A stretch of 32,000 nucleotides of DNA from an uncultured Clostridia bacterium. Lineage in GTDB: Bacteria > Bacillota > Clostridia > TANB77 > CAG-508. The stretch is from NCBI GenBank assembly GCA_934149075.1, contig CAKPDR010000001.1:154817-186816 (forward strand). Direction: 5' to 3'. Of the stretch, positions 9,638-18,013 are shown piece by piece. Each line of letters begins with the position of its first letter. Within the stretch, counting starts at the first letter, position 1. A program made the position numbers and the translations under genes. The notes under the pieces are model-generated. The model had not been told where the DNA came from, did not search any database, and saw nothing but the letters and a program-made list of their open reading frames with translations.

Positions 9638-9773
9638 GGTGTGAATATCAATCTCTCTATGGAAAACAACTCCCACATAAAAGTATCTACTTATTGCTGC
9701 TTCCTTCCGGACCTGACAAGGTTCATAGGCTTTTATTGAGCTTGCTTTCCATACAGAGATCAATTCTCATACC
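9638..9773 (-). ncRNA. ffs: Signal recognition particle RNA, short 4.5S-like hairpin form
   Basis: Minus strand carries the domain IV core CUUGUCAGGUCCGGAAGGAAGCAGCA. The 5' arm GGUAUGAGAAUUGAUCUCUGUAUGGAAA pairs at 25 of 28 positions with the 3' arm UUUCCAUAGAGAGAUUGAUAUUCACACC, followed by AUUUUUU. It occupies the canonical position upstream of dnaX. Confidence 0.88.
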
Positions 9774-9780
9774 ATTATGT

Positions 9781-9809
9781 ATTATATACTCTATTTATGA
9801 ATTTTGCAA
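9781..9809 (-). promoter_or_regulatory. Sigma-A-type promoter for the SRP RNA
   Basis: Minus strand reads TTGCAA-17 nt-TATAAT. The -10 box ends 7 nt before the predicted 5' G of the SRP RNA helix. Confidence 0.55.
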
Positions 9810-9818
9810 GTATTTTTA

Positions 9819-10562
9819 TTAATTTTCTATCCTTTTAAAAATTATATTATCTAAGTCTATTTTATCTATTCCAACTGTTCCCTTTTCAATTATTTCATCT
9901 GTTGGAATATCTAAACTTATTGGTGCTTGATATTTTTTTCCACTATTTAAATTTATTATGATATCAAATGTTAAATTAGCTTGTAAGTCTTCTTGTGTAA
10001 TATTTGTTAATTTTAATAGTTGACTATGGTCTATTTGTTCATCATTTTCAGAAACATATTTAGAAATATTATTAATACCATATCTAAATGCTACAATTCC
10101 ACCTTGATTGGATATTTTTTGTTCTTTTATATTTGATTCTAGTTCACCATTATATGTAATTTCTGTAATTTCATTTTCAGGTAAATTATTAAACATTCTT
10201 TTTTCATCAACTATCGGTTTATAAAATTTTGCATCTCCTAATTCTTTTATTCTATTTACATTTATATTTTTTATATCAACAGAATTTATTATTTCAGTTT
10301 TTCCATATAATGAATTTTTTTCTATATATATATATATGTCATTATTTTGATTAACATTAAAGTTCCACTTTTCATTTGCTCCTTCAGTTTCCATTCCTTC
10401 TACACTTTCTATTATAGAAATTTTAGTGATTTTGAATGGCATATTTGATTCACCTTCAACTTGATATCTTAATATAAACATTCCTCCAACACATAAAATT
10501 GCAATTATTATAATACTAATAATTACACTATGAAAAATTTTTTGTTTAACATTCCTATACAT
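9819..10562 (-). CDS. Hypothetical membrane-anchored protein (one N-terminal TM helix, extracytoplasmic beta-rich domain)
   Basis: 247-aa ORF with GGAGGG RBS and TM segment VIISIIIIAILCVGGMFIL. No family recognised. Confidence 0.6.
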   Translation of the reverse strand: MYRNVKQKIFHSVIISIIIIAILCVGGMFILRYQVEGESNMPFKITKISIIESVEGMETEGANEKWNFNVNQNNDIYIYIEKNSLYGKTEIINSVDIKNINVNRIKELGDAKFYKPIVDEKRMFNNLPENEITEITYNGELESNIKEQKISNQGGIVAFRYGINNISKYVSENDEQIDHSQLLKLTNITQEDLQANLTFDIIINLNSGKKYQAPISLDIPTDEIIEKGTVGIDKIDLDNIIFKRIEN

Positions 10563-10598
10563 TTTTCCCTCCTTGAATTAATTAGGGGTATATTAAAT

Positions 10599-11066
10599 TT
10601 ATTTATTTTTTTTTATTTTTCTTAATTCTTTAAAAAATTGTGTCAAAATTTCTTGACATTCTTTTTCCATAATTCCTGTTTCTGCTTCTACTTTATGATT
10701 AAATGTATAATCATTAAATAAATTTAATACAGAGCCTACGGCTCCTGTTTTTTCGTCTTTTGCTCCAATATATACTTTTTTTATTCTTGAATTTATCATT
10801 GCCCCCGCACACATAGAGCATGGTTCTAAAGTTACATACATTTCACAATCTATTAATCTCCATGATTTTAATTTTTTGCTTGCTTTTTGTATTGCTAAAA
10901 TCTCTGCATGTTTGGTTGTATCTGTTTTTGTTTCTTTTTGATTGTGTGCTCTTGCTATTATTTCTCCATCTTTTACTATTATTGCCCCTACTGGTACTTC
11001 TAATTTTTTGTATGCTTTTTCTGCTTCTTTTAGTGCTTGCTTCATATAATATTCTTTTTGTTCCAT
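10599..11066 (-). CDS. tadA: tRNA adenosine(34) deaminase
   Basis: CDA-fold motifs HAEILAI and PCSMCAGA. AGGAG RBS sits 5 nt before ATG 11066; the track's 11069 start is a TTG one codon upstream. Confidence 0.9.
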   Translation of the reverse strand: MEQKEYYMKQALKEAEKAYKKLEVPVGAIIVKDGEIIARAHNQKETKTDTTKHAEILAIQKASKKLKSWRLIDCEMYVTLEPCSMCAGAMINSRIKKVYIGAKDEKTGAVGSVLNLFNDYTFNHKVEAETGIMEKECQEILTQFFKELRKIKKNK

Positions 11067-11087
11067 CAATACTCCTAATTATAAAAT

Positions 11088-11166
11088 TGGTGTCCCCGAG
11101 TGGAATTGAACCACCGCAAGACCGGACTTAGGAGGTCCGCGCTCTATCCAACTGAGCTACGAGGAC
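11088..11166 (-). tRNA. tRNA-Arg (anticodon CCU), CCA encoded
   Basis: Reverse complement GTCCTCGTAGCTCAGTTGGATAGAGCGCGGACCTCCTAAGTCCGGTCTTGCGGTGGTTCAATTCCACTCGGGGACACCA. It folds with a 7-bp acceptor stem, a GCTC/GAGC D-stem, a CGGAC/GTCCG anticodon stem with loop CUCCUAA, and a GGTTCAATTCC T-arm. My hand fold leaves a variable loop of about 7 nt. Confidence 0.85.
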
Positions 11167-11276
11167 ATAAAAATTACATATCTATTATAATACACTTATG
11201 CAAAAAAATCAATATTTTTTGCTCTTGACATCCATGTTATAATAAATTAAATTATGTATAAGAAAGGAAATTTAAT

Positions 11277-11987
11277 ATGCAACAAATATTAAGTAAAATG
11301 AGAAAAGCAATAGAAGAATATAAAATGATAGACGAAGGTGATAAGATAGCCGTATGTTTATCAGGAGGAAAAGACTCAATCACACTTTTAAATGGACTAA
11401 AAGCATTGCAAAGATTTTATCCAAAACATTTTGATTTAATTGCAATATCAATAAATCCAGGTTTTGAATTTTTTAACACAGACCTTTTACAAAAAAATTG
11501 TGATGAAATTGGAGTTCCTTTATTTATAGAAAATAGTAATATAAAAGAAATTGTATTTGATGTAAGAAAAGAAAAAAATCCATGTTCATTATGTGCAAAT
11601 TTACGTAGAGGGATAATAAATAGTGTCGCAATACGTGAAGGCTGCAATAAAATTGCACTTGGACATAATATGGATGATGTATTAGAAACATTTTTATTAA
11701 ATTTATTATATACTGGAAGTATATCAACATTCGCTCCCAAAAGTTATATGGATAGAACAAAAATAACATTAATTAGACCATTAATTTTACTTAGTGAAAA
11801 AGACACAAGAAGATATGTAAAGAAAAATAATAAACAAATAATGCCTAAGGTTTGCCCTATGGATGAACATACAAAAAGAGAAGATATGAAAGACCAAATA
11901 TGTCAATGGCAAAAGGAGATTCCTACTATTAAAGCAAATTTATTTGGTGCTATTTCTAGAAATTTAGATGAATGGAAAAATATATAA
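11277..11987 (+). CDS. ttcA: TtcA-family tRNA 2-thiocytidine synthetase (PP-loop ATPase)
   Basis: PP-loop CLSGGKDS, then PCSLCANLRRG and ALGHNMDDVLETFLLNL, collinear with TtcA. Confidence 0.8.
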   Translation: MQQILSKMRKAIEEYKMIDEGDKIAVCLSGGKDSITLLNGLKALQRFYPKHFDLIAISINPGFEFFNTDLLQKNCDEIGVPLFIENSNIKEIVFDVRKEKNPCSLCANLRRGIINSVAIREGCNKIALGHNMDDVLETFLLNLLYTGSISTFAPKSYMDRTKITLIRPLILLSEKDTRRYVKKNNKQIMPKVCPMDEHTKREDMKDQICQWQKEIPTIKANLFGAISRNLDEWKNI

Positions 11988-12056
11988 AATATGTAAAAAA
12001 ATACACATTTCTAATTGCTTAATTGCATTTGAAAAGTGTATTTTTTTATTTTTTAA

Positions 12057-13787
12057 TTATTCTCCGCGAACTAATTTAACCATAGCGTCTTTCAATGCTT
12101 CTAATTCTTCAGTTGCACATTTTTCACATTCACCTTTAACTCCAAAATAAAGTTTAATTTTAGGCTCCGTTCCAGATGGACGAACACAACACCATGAATT
12201 ATTTTCCAATTGATAATATAATACATTTGATTTTGGTAATCCTGTTTTACCCTCTTCACCAGTAATCATATCTTTTACATAATCGTTATCAACATCTTTA
12301 AAACATAACACTTTATATTTACCAATCTGTTCTACATTTTTATTTCTCATATCAGTCATCATTTCTTTTATTTTTTCAGCACCTTCAGCACCTTCTAAAA
12401 CTATTGAAACTTGGTCTTCTTTGTAATATCCATATTTTTCATAAATATTATTCATTTGATCCCATAAAGTAATTCCTTTAGATCTATAATATGCTGCAGC
12501 CTCACATAAAGACATAACAGCTGCAATTCCATCTTTATCTCTTGCATAATCTCCGATTAAGCAACCATAACTTTCTTCAAATCCAAATACATAAGTCTTA
12601 TCATGATTTTCTTCAGCCTTTTTCATTACAGCTCCAATATTTTTGAAACCTGTTAAAACTTCTATACATTCCAAATTGTAATTTGCAGCAATAGCTTTTG
12701 CTAAATCTGAAGAAACAATTGTTGTTATAAACATTCCATCTTTAGGCAATATTCCTTTCTCCTTCATTTGAGAAATTCTATATTCAGCAATTAACAATGC
12801 TGACATATTTCCTGTATATGGCATATATTCACCTGTTTTTGCATCTTTTGCATAAATTCCTAATCTATCTGCATCTGGATCTGTTGCCAAAACAACATCT
12901 GCATCAACTTTTTGTGCTAATTCTAATGCTAATTTAAATGCTTTTTTATCTTCTGGATTTGGATAATCTACTGTTGGAAAATTTCCATCAGGTTTAGCTT
13001 GTTCTGGAACAACATAAACATTTTTAAAACCTAATTCATTTAATAATCTCTCCGCAATTGTATTTCCAGTTCCATGTAATGGTGTATAAACGATTTTTAA
13101 ATCTTTACCTTGTTCCCTAACAATTTCAGGATTTAGTATTTTATTTTTTAATGTTTCAATATATTTATCATCCATTTCTTTGCCAATAACATTAAATAAT
13201 CCTTTTTTGATAGCATCTTCTTTACTAATTGTTTTTATCTCCTTAAAATCTGTAATACTTCTTACCTTATTAATAATATCCTTATCTCTTGGCGCAACAA
13301 TTTGAGAACCATCATCCCAATAAACCTTATAGCCGTTATATTTTGGAGGGTTATGGCTAGCTGTAATCATAATTCCTGCAGTTGCACCTAGTTCTCTTAC
13401 AGCAAATGATAATTCAGGAACTGGTCTTAAACTCTCAAATAGATATGTCTTTATTCCATTTGCATTTAAAATCAAAGCAGTTTGTAAACTAAATTCGTCA
13501 GACATTCTTCTTGAATCATAACTTATTGCAACTCCCTTATCTTGTGTACCTTGTTCTAATATGTAATTAGCTAAACCTTGTGTAGCCTTACCAACTGTAT
13601 ATTTATTCATTCTGTTTGTTCCCATTCCTATAACTCCACGTAATCCAGCTGTTCCAAATTCTAATTCTTTATAGAATCTGTCTTTTATTTCTTCTCCATC
13701 ATCTTTAATACTTAATAATTCTTTTTTTGTTTCTTCATCAAAACTTGGATCTTCACACCATCTTTGATATTCTTCTTTGTAATTCAT
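12057..13787 (-). CDS. pgcA: Phosphoglucomutase / phospho-sugar mutase (PgcA-like)
   Basis: Catalytic TASHNPPKYNGYK, the metal loop DPDADRLG, and FGTAGLRG near the N-terminus. The start is ambiguous: ATG 13796 abuts the RBS, while ATG 13787 has 9-nt spacing. Confidence 0.9.
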   Translation of the reverse strand: MNYKEEYQRWCEDPSFDEETKKELLSIKDDGEEIKDRFYKELEFGTAGLRGVIGMGTNRMNKYTVGKATQGLANYILEQGTQDKGVAISYDSRRMSDEFSLQTALILNANGIKTYLFESLRPVPELSFAVRELGATAGIMITASHNPPKYNGYKVYWDDGSQIVAPRDKDIINKVRSITDFKEIKTISKEDAIKKGLFNVIGKEMDDKYIETLKNKILNPEIVREQGKDLKIVYTPLHGTGNTIAERLLNELGFKNVYVVPEQAKPDGNFPTVDYPNPEDKKAFKLALELAQKVDADVVLATDPDADRLGIYAKDAKTGEYMPYTGNMSALLIAEYRISQMKEKGILPKDGMFITTIVSSDLAKAIAANYNLECIEVLTGFKNIGAVMKKAEENHDKTYVFGFEESYGCLIGDYARDKDGIAAVMSLCEAAAYYRSKGITLWDQMNNIYEKYGYYKEDQVSIVLEGAEGAEKIKEMMTDMRNKNVEQIGKYKVLCFKDVDNDYVKDMITGEEGKTGLPKSNVLYYQLENNSWCCVRPSGTEPKIKLYFGVKGECEKCATEELEALKDAMVKLVRGE

Positions 13788-13853
13788 ATATTTCATCCTT
13801 TCCTTGAAAAATTTGCACCGGGAAATTTTGTACCGGGTACATTTTTTCCCTAT

Positions 13854-13919
13854 AGAACAAAGCGACGTAGTCGCCCTTTGTTCTCACCCGATTTGAGTTT
13901 TCGACTATAAGGAGAAAAT
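13854..13919 (+). repeat. Intergenic hairpin-containing repeat, copy A
   Basis: AGAACAAAGCGACGTAGTCGCCCTTTGTTCTCACCCGATTTGAGTTTTCGACT matches 19123-19175 at 49 of 53 positions. Similarity continues with a 2-nt indel through ...AGAAAATCT. Confidence 0.75.
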
Positions 13920-13942
13920 CTCAAAGGGCTAGCGATTGTAAC

Positions 13943-14016
13943 TTTTATATAATAGGAAAGTAATACTTTCCTATTATATAAAAATAACTACTGGTATTGG
14001 TACCAGCAGTTATTTT
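13943..14016 (-). terminator. Two tandem perfect hairpins downstream of the UDP-sugar pyrophosphorylase gene
   Basis: First hairpin: aaaataactactggtattggtaccagcagttatttt at 13981-14016. Second hairpin: ttatataataggaaagta-at-actttcctattatataa at about 13945-13981. Confidence 0.55.
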
Positions 14017-14024
14017 TATATACT

Positions 14025-15266
14025 TTATAACTGATAGAATTTTCTATATAGCTCTCTTGCAGTTTCAGGGCTATCAACTCCTGAAGCATTCTTTACAGGA
14101 GCAAACTCTTCCTCTCTTTTTACTCTTAAAATAGCCATATCATCTAATTCTCCAAACGCATCAAATAAAAACGCTTCAAATTTATATGCATTTGGTCCAT
14201 CTGGTACTATTTTATTTCCATTTTTATCTATATATGTTGCTTTTTTGAACGCAGAATGATAAGGTAATGGTTTGTTTCCCATTCTCTCAACTGCATCTAT
14301 GTTAAATAAATTACATAGAATATGAGATTCACCATATATTAGCTCTCCTTTTTCATCCCTTGCTTCTGCCATCTCCTTTGGAATTTCAGTATACTCTACA
14401 ACTGATGGTCTACCATTCTTTTTACAAAATACTCCAACTTTTTCTTGTGGATTTGCTTTTACTACAGACTTTCCAGCTGCTGTTACATGCTTTTGAATTG
14501 CAATCCCCATAAGTATAGGGTCTACCATTTTTACTAAACAGTTATCAACTCCACCTATAAATAGCCATTCAACACCCAATTCTCTCATTTTTTTAGTCAT
14601 ACCTTTTTTTACAAGAGCCTCATATATTCCACCATGCCCATCTGCAGCTTCTTTTATAAGACCATCTTCACCAATCAATATTTTCCCTTCAGTATCAACC
14701 ATTGGTAGTTCACTTTGTTTAAAGAAAAATATATTTTTATCCTTTTCATATCCAAAAAATCTATGTTTCGCAAAAAATTCAACAGTATCATCATTATTTT
14801 CTTCACTTGTCATAATAAACCATGGAATTATTACATCATATTTTTTTCCTTGCTCTTTTAAAGAATCACTTAATAATTCGAAAAGTGATTTATGTGATTC
14901 TAGTCCAATATCAAAAGTTCCTTTTGGTCCTTGATGTCCAAGCCTTGTTCCTTGTCCTCCTGCCATTGTTACGGCTGCTAACTTACCAGCCCTTATTGCC
15001 TTTTCCCCAGTCTCTTGAAAACTCTTGTAATATCCATTTAATTTATCTTTATCCAAGTATTCAATCGGAGCAATTTGAGAGTCTTGCGTAGCAATCTCTT
15101 TTTTTGTGTTATTGTACAGACTATTAATCAACTCGAAATCTGTATTTTCAATTTGCTCTAATAATTGTTTTTGTTTTATTCCATCTAATCTTTCGTATTC
15201 ATTTAATAAATGTTCTTGTGAATATTTTCTTAAGGTTTTTCGAATAGTGTCTAAACTTTTATCCAT
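14025..15266 (-). CDS. UDPGP type 1 family UDP-sugar pyrophosphorylase (UAP/UGP-like uridylyltransferase)
   Basis: VTMAGGQGTRLG nucleotide-binding loop; downstream GGVDNCLVK and HGGIYEAL. 413 aa, the eukaryote-like UDPGP architecture rather than the short GalU/GtaB type. Confidence 0.8.
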   Translation of the reverse strand: MDKSLDTIRKTLRKYSQEHLLNEYERLDGIKQKQLLEQIENTDFELINSLYNNTKKEIATQDSQIAPIEYLDKDKLNGYYKSFQETGEKAIRAGKLAAVTMAGGQGTRLGHQGPKGTFDIGLESHKSLFELLSDSLKEQGKKYDVIIPWFIMTSEENNDDTVEFFAKHRFFGYEKDKNIFFFKQSELPMVDTEGKILIGEDGLIKEAADGHGGIYEALVKKGMTKKMRELGVEWLFIGGVDNCLVKMVDPILMGIAIQKHVTAAGKSVVKANPQEKVGVFCKKNGRPSVVEYTEIPKEMAEARDEKGELIYGESHILCNLFNIDAVERMGNKPLPYHSAFKKATYIDKNGNKIVPDGPNAYKFEAFLFDAFGELDDMAILRVKREEEFAPVKNASGVDSPETARELYRKFYQL

Positions 15267-15398
15267 TTGTATACTTCCTTTCTTGTTTCATATTATATTA
15301 TATATACTATTTTAAAAAGTTTTTCAATACTTTATACAAAAAGTTTTTACTTATTTAAAATTTTATCACTATTCTTTATTAATCTCAAGCTTTTTGAA

Positions 15399-15830
15399 CT
15401 ATTTTATATTATTTATACCATCTGTATTTAAATTTAGCTTATATTTTTTCATTAAATCTTCTATTTTATCTTTTGTATCTTCAAAATCATAACAATCAAT
15501 AATTGTTACATTATTAATATTTTTTTCTTTAATTTGCATATTTACGTTGTCTATATATTTTTTATTTCCTATTATTATAATATTTGATTTATCTTCTAAA
15601 TTTTTATATTCTTTCTTATTCCACTCTAATTTTAATATTTTATCCTTATTTTCTTCATTCAAATTCATCTTTGAAACTAAAGTTTCCACAGTATCTCTCA
15701 AATCTTTTTCTGTTTTTATTATGATATTTTCATCTAATTTTTTATTTATATAAGGTAACAAAATCATCTCTAAATGAAAATCACTTACATAAAAACAGCA
15801 CAATTTTTCTATTTTGTTTTCAACAAGCAT
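15399..15830 (-). CDS. Hypothetical cytoplasmic protein (143 aa from the RBS-supported start)
   Basis: ORF 15399-15872. GAAAGGG RBS is best spaced for ATG 15830 (MLVENKIEKLCCFYVSDFHLEMILLPYI...). No confident family. Confidence 0.5.
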   Translation of the reverse strand: MLVENKIEKLCCFYVSDFHLEMILLPYINKKLDENIIIKTEKDLRDTVETLVSKMNLNEENKDKILKLEWNKKEYKNLEDKSNIIIIGNKKYIDNVNMQIKEKNINNVTIIDCYDFEDTKDKIEDLMKKYKLNLNTDGINNIK

Positions 15831-15982
15831 TTTATTCATCCCTTTCGATTGCTTTCTGGTAAATTTTACCATTTGTTTTTTATATTGTCAAGTATTTTTC
15901 CTTTAAATGTATAATTTATTTTTTTTGGCTAATAATTATTTTAATGATATATTTTAGAAAAAATGTTTTTAGGAGGATTTAT

Positions 15983-16654
15983 ATGAAAAAAGTTTTAAAT
16001 TATATTAAAAATTCCAAATTAAAAAAATTAAGTTTACTTGCTTTATTACTATTAATATATATTTTTATTTGTGCACAAAGTTATGTTTCTGCGGTTTCTA
16101 CCAATTTATCTGATGCTGTATTTAGATTACATGTACTTGCAAACAGTGATTCTGAAGAAGATCAAACATTAAAACTAAAAGTACGAGATTCATTACTTAA
16201 TTATATGAATAATATATGTTCAAATTGTTCTACAAAATCCGAGGCAATTTCTTTAGTACAAGAACACTCACAAGAATTCCAACGTGTAGCCGAAAATACA
16301 ATATTTGAAAACGGATATGATTATCCCGTAAAAATCAACATTGGTAATTTTTATTTTCCAACAAAGGATTACGGAGATATATCTCTACCAGCAGGTTTTT
16401 ATGATGCTTTAAGAGTTGAAATTGGAAAAGCTAAAGGAAAAAATTGGTGGTGTGTAATGTTTCCTTCATTATGTTTTATCGATGTATCTTCTGGAATTGT
16501 TGATGATGAAGCAAAAGTGAATTTAGAAGAAAATCTTGAGAATGAATCATACAGTCTGATTTCTGATAAAAATAATTCAGAAATCAAATTAAAATTTAAG
16601 CTAATTGAATTTTTTGCTGAAAAAGGTTTACTTACAGCTAATCGTAATATGTAA
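15983..16654 (+). CDS. spoIIR: Stage II sporulation protein R
   Basis: FRLHVLANSDSEEDQTLKLKVRD, FPTKDYGDISLPAGFYDALRVEIGKAKGKNWWCVMFPSLCF, collinear with B. subtilis SpoIIR. AGGAGG RBS before ATG 15983; the track start 15944 lacks one. Confidence 0.9.
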   Translation: MKKVLNYIKNSKLKKLSLLALLLLIYIFICAQSYVSAVSTNLSDAVFRLHVLANSDSEEDQTLKLKVRDSLLNYMNNICSNCSTKSEAISLVQEHSQEFQRVAENTIFENGYDYPVKINIGNFYFPTKDYGDISLPAGFYDALRVEIGKAKGKNWWCVMFPSLCFIDVSSGIVDDEAKVNLEENLENESYSLISDKNNSEIKLKFKLIEFFAEKGLLTANRNM

Positions 16655-16732
16655 TAATTTATTTCAAAACTGTTGTAATATTGTGTTTTTTATGATATAT
16701 TTTTAATGAAAAAAATTTAAGGAGGAATACTT

Positions 16733-17992
16733 TTGGAAAAATTAGTTATCACAGGAAAAACACCTTTAAAAGGACAAGTAACAATAAGTGGTGCAAAAAA
16801 TGCAGCTGTAGCAATCCTACCAGCAACACTTTTAATAGATGGAATTTGTACAATTGAAAATTTGCCAAATATAAGTGACGTAAAAAAATCATGCGAAATA
16901 TTAGAAGGACTTGGGGCAAAAATAAAATGGATTACACAAAATAAAATTACAATAGACACAAGAAATATAACAAAAACAGAAGCATCTGAAGAATTAACAA
17001 GTAAATTTAGAGCTTCATATTATATCTTAGGAAGTATGCTTGGTCGCACCGGAAAAATATCAGTTGGAATGCCTGGTGGCTGCAAATTAGGTGCAAGACC
17101 TATAGACCAGCATATTAAAGGATTTGAAGCATTAGGTGCAACTGTAGAAGTTGGACAAGGAAAAATATCAGCATCTGCTCCCAAATTAGTAGGAACATCA
17201 ATTTATATGGATGTAGTTTCTGTTGGTGCAACAATCAATGTAATGCTTTCTGCTGTTTTAGCTGAAGGAACTACAATTATAGATAATGCTGCTAAAGAAC
17301 CTCACATTGTTGATGTTGCAAATTTTCTAAACACTATGGGTGCTGACATTCGTGGTGCTGGAACAGATGTAATCAAAATCAATGGCGTAAAAAAACTTTC
17401 TGGAAATGGTACATACTCTATAGTTCCTGATCAAATAGAAGCCGGCACCTTTATGCTTGCAGCAGTAGCATCAAAAGGAGACATATTAATAAAAAATTGT
17501 ATAACAAAACATTTAGAAGCTATTACAGCTAAAATATTAGAAATTGGTGGACATGTTGAAGATTTTGGAGATGAGATAAGAGTTTGGTGTAATGAAAGAC
17601 CTTCAAAAGCAATTATTAAAACACAACCATATCCTGGATTTCCTACTGATTTACAACCTCAAATGGGTGTAGTTCTTTCTATTGCCAATGGTACAAGTAG
17701 GATTATTGAAAACATCTGGGAATCAAGATTTCAATATACAGAAGAATTAAATAAAATGGGTGCAAATATTACTGCACAAGGAAAATCTGCATTTTTCGAA
17801 GGGGTAGAAAAATTGTCAGGTTCACCAGTATATTCATCAGATCTAAGAGCTGGGGCTGCACTAATAATTGCTGGAATAATTGCAAATGGAAAAACCGAAA
17901 TATACAATTTAGAGCACATAGATAGAGGTTATGAAAACATAGAGGAAAAGTTTAGAAAACTTGGTGCTATAATAGAACGAGTTAAAGAATAA
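16733..17992 (+). CDS. murA: UDP-N-acetylglucosamine 1-carboxyvinyltransferase
   Basis: TTG start after GGAGG RBS. ISGAKNAAVAILPATLL, and active-site Cys in MPGGCKLGARPIDQH. Confidence 0.95.
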   Translation: MEKLVITGKTPLKGQVTISGAKNAAVAILPATLLIDGICTIENLPNISDVKKSCEILEGLGAKIKWITQNKITIDTRNITKTEASEELTSKFRASYYILGSMLGRTGKISVGMPGGCKLGARPIDQHIKGFEALGATVEVGQGKISASAPKLVGTSIYMDVVSVGATINVMLSAVLAEGTTIIDNAAKEPHIVDVANFLNTMGADIRGAGTDVIKINGVKKLSGNGTYSIVPDQIEAGTFMLAAVASKGDILIKNCITKHLEAITAKILEIGGHVEDFGDEIRVWCNERPSKAIIKTQPYPGFPTDLQPQMGVVLSIANGTSRIIENIWESRFQYTEELNKMGANITAQGKSAFFEGVEKLSGSPVYSSDLRAGAALIIAGIIANGKTEIYNLEHIDRGYENIEEKFRKLGAIIERVKE

Positions 17993-18013
17993 CATTAGAA
18001 AGAAGAAATACAC

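Noticed and set aside
11088-11166. tRNA-Arg as the integration site (attB) of a genomic island
   Set aside because: There is no integrase nearby. I saw no repeat of the tRNA 3' end elsewhere in the window, and the flanking genes (tadA, ttcA-like) are core genes.
13797-13853. The pgcA leader (with CCGG-containing partial palindromes) as a riboswitch or T-box
   Set aside because: I could recognise no T-box specifier/antiterminator motif and no known riboswitch core. The conserved repeat further upstream is reported separately.
15909-15936. GTATA-13 nt-GGCTAATAAT upstream of spoIIR as a sigma-F promoter
   Set aside because: Both the spacing and the -10 match to the forespore sigma-F consensus are imperfect, and A/T-rich DNA gives many such matches. 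This is too weak to annotate.
16717-16959. Minus-strand 80-aa ORF overlapping the murA start
   Set aside because: It is antisense to the highly conserved murA N-terminus and has no RBS.
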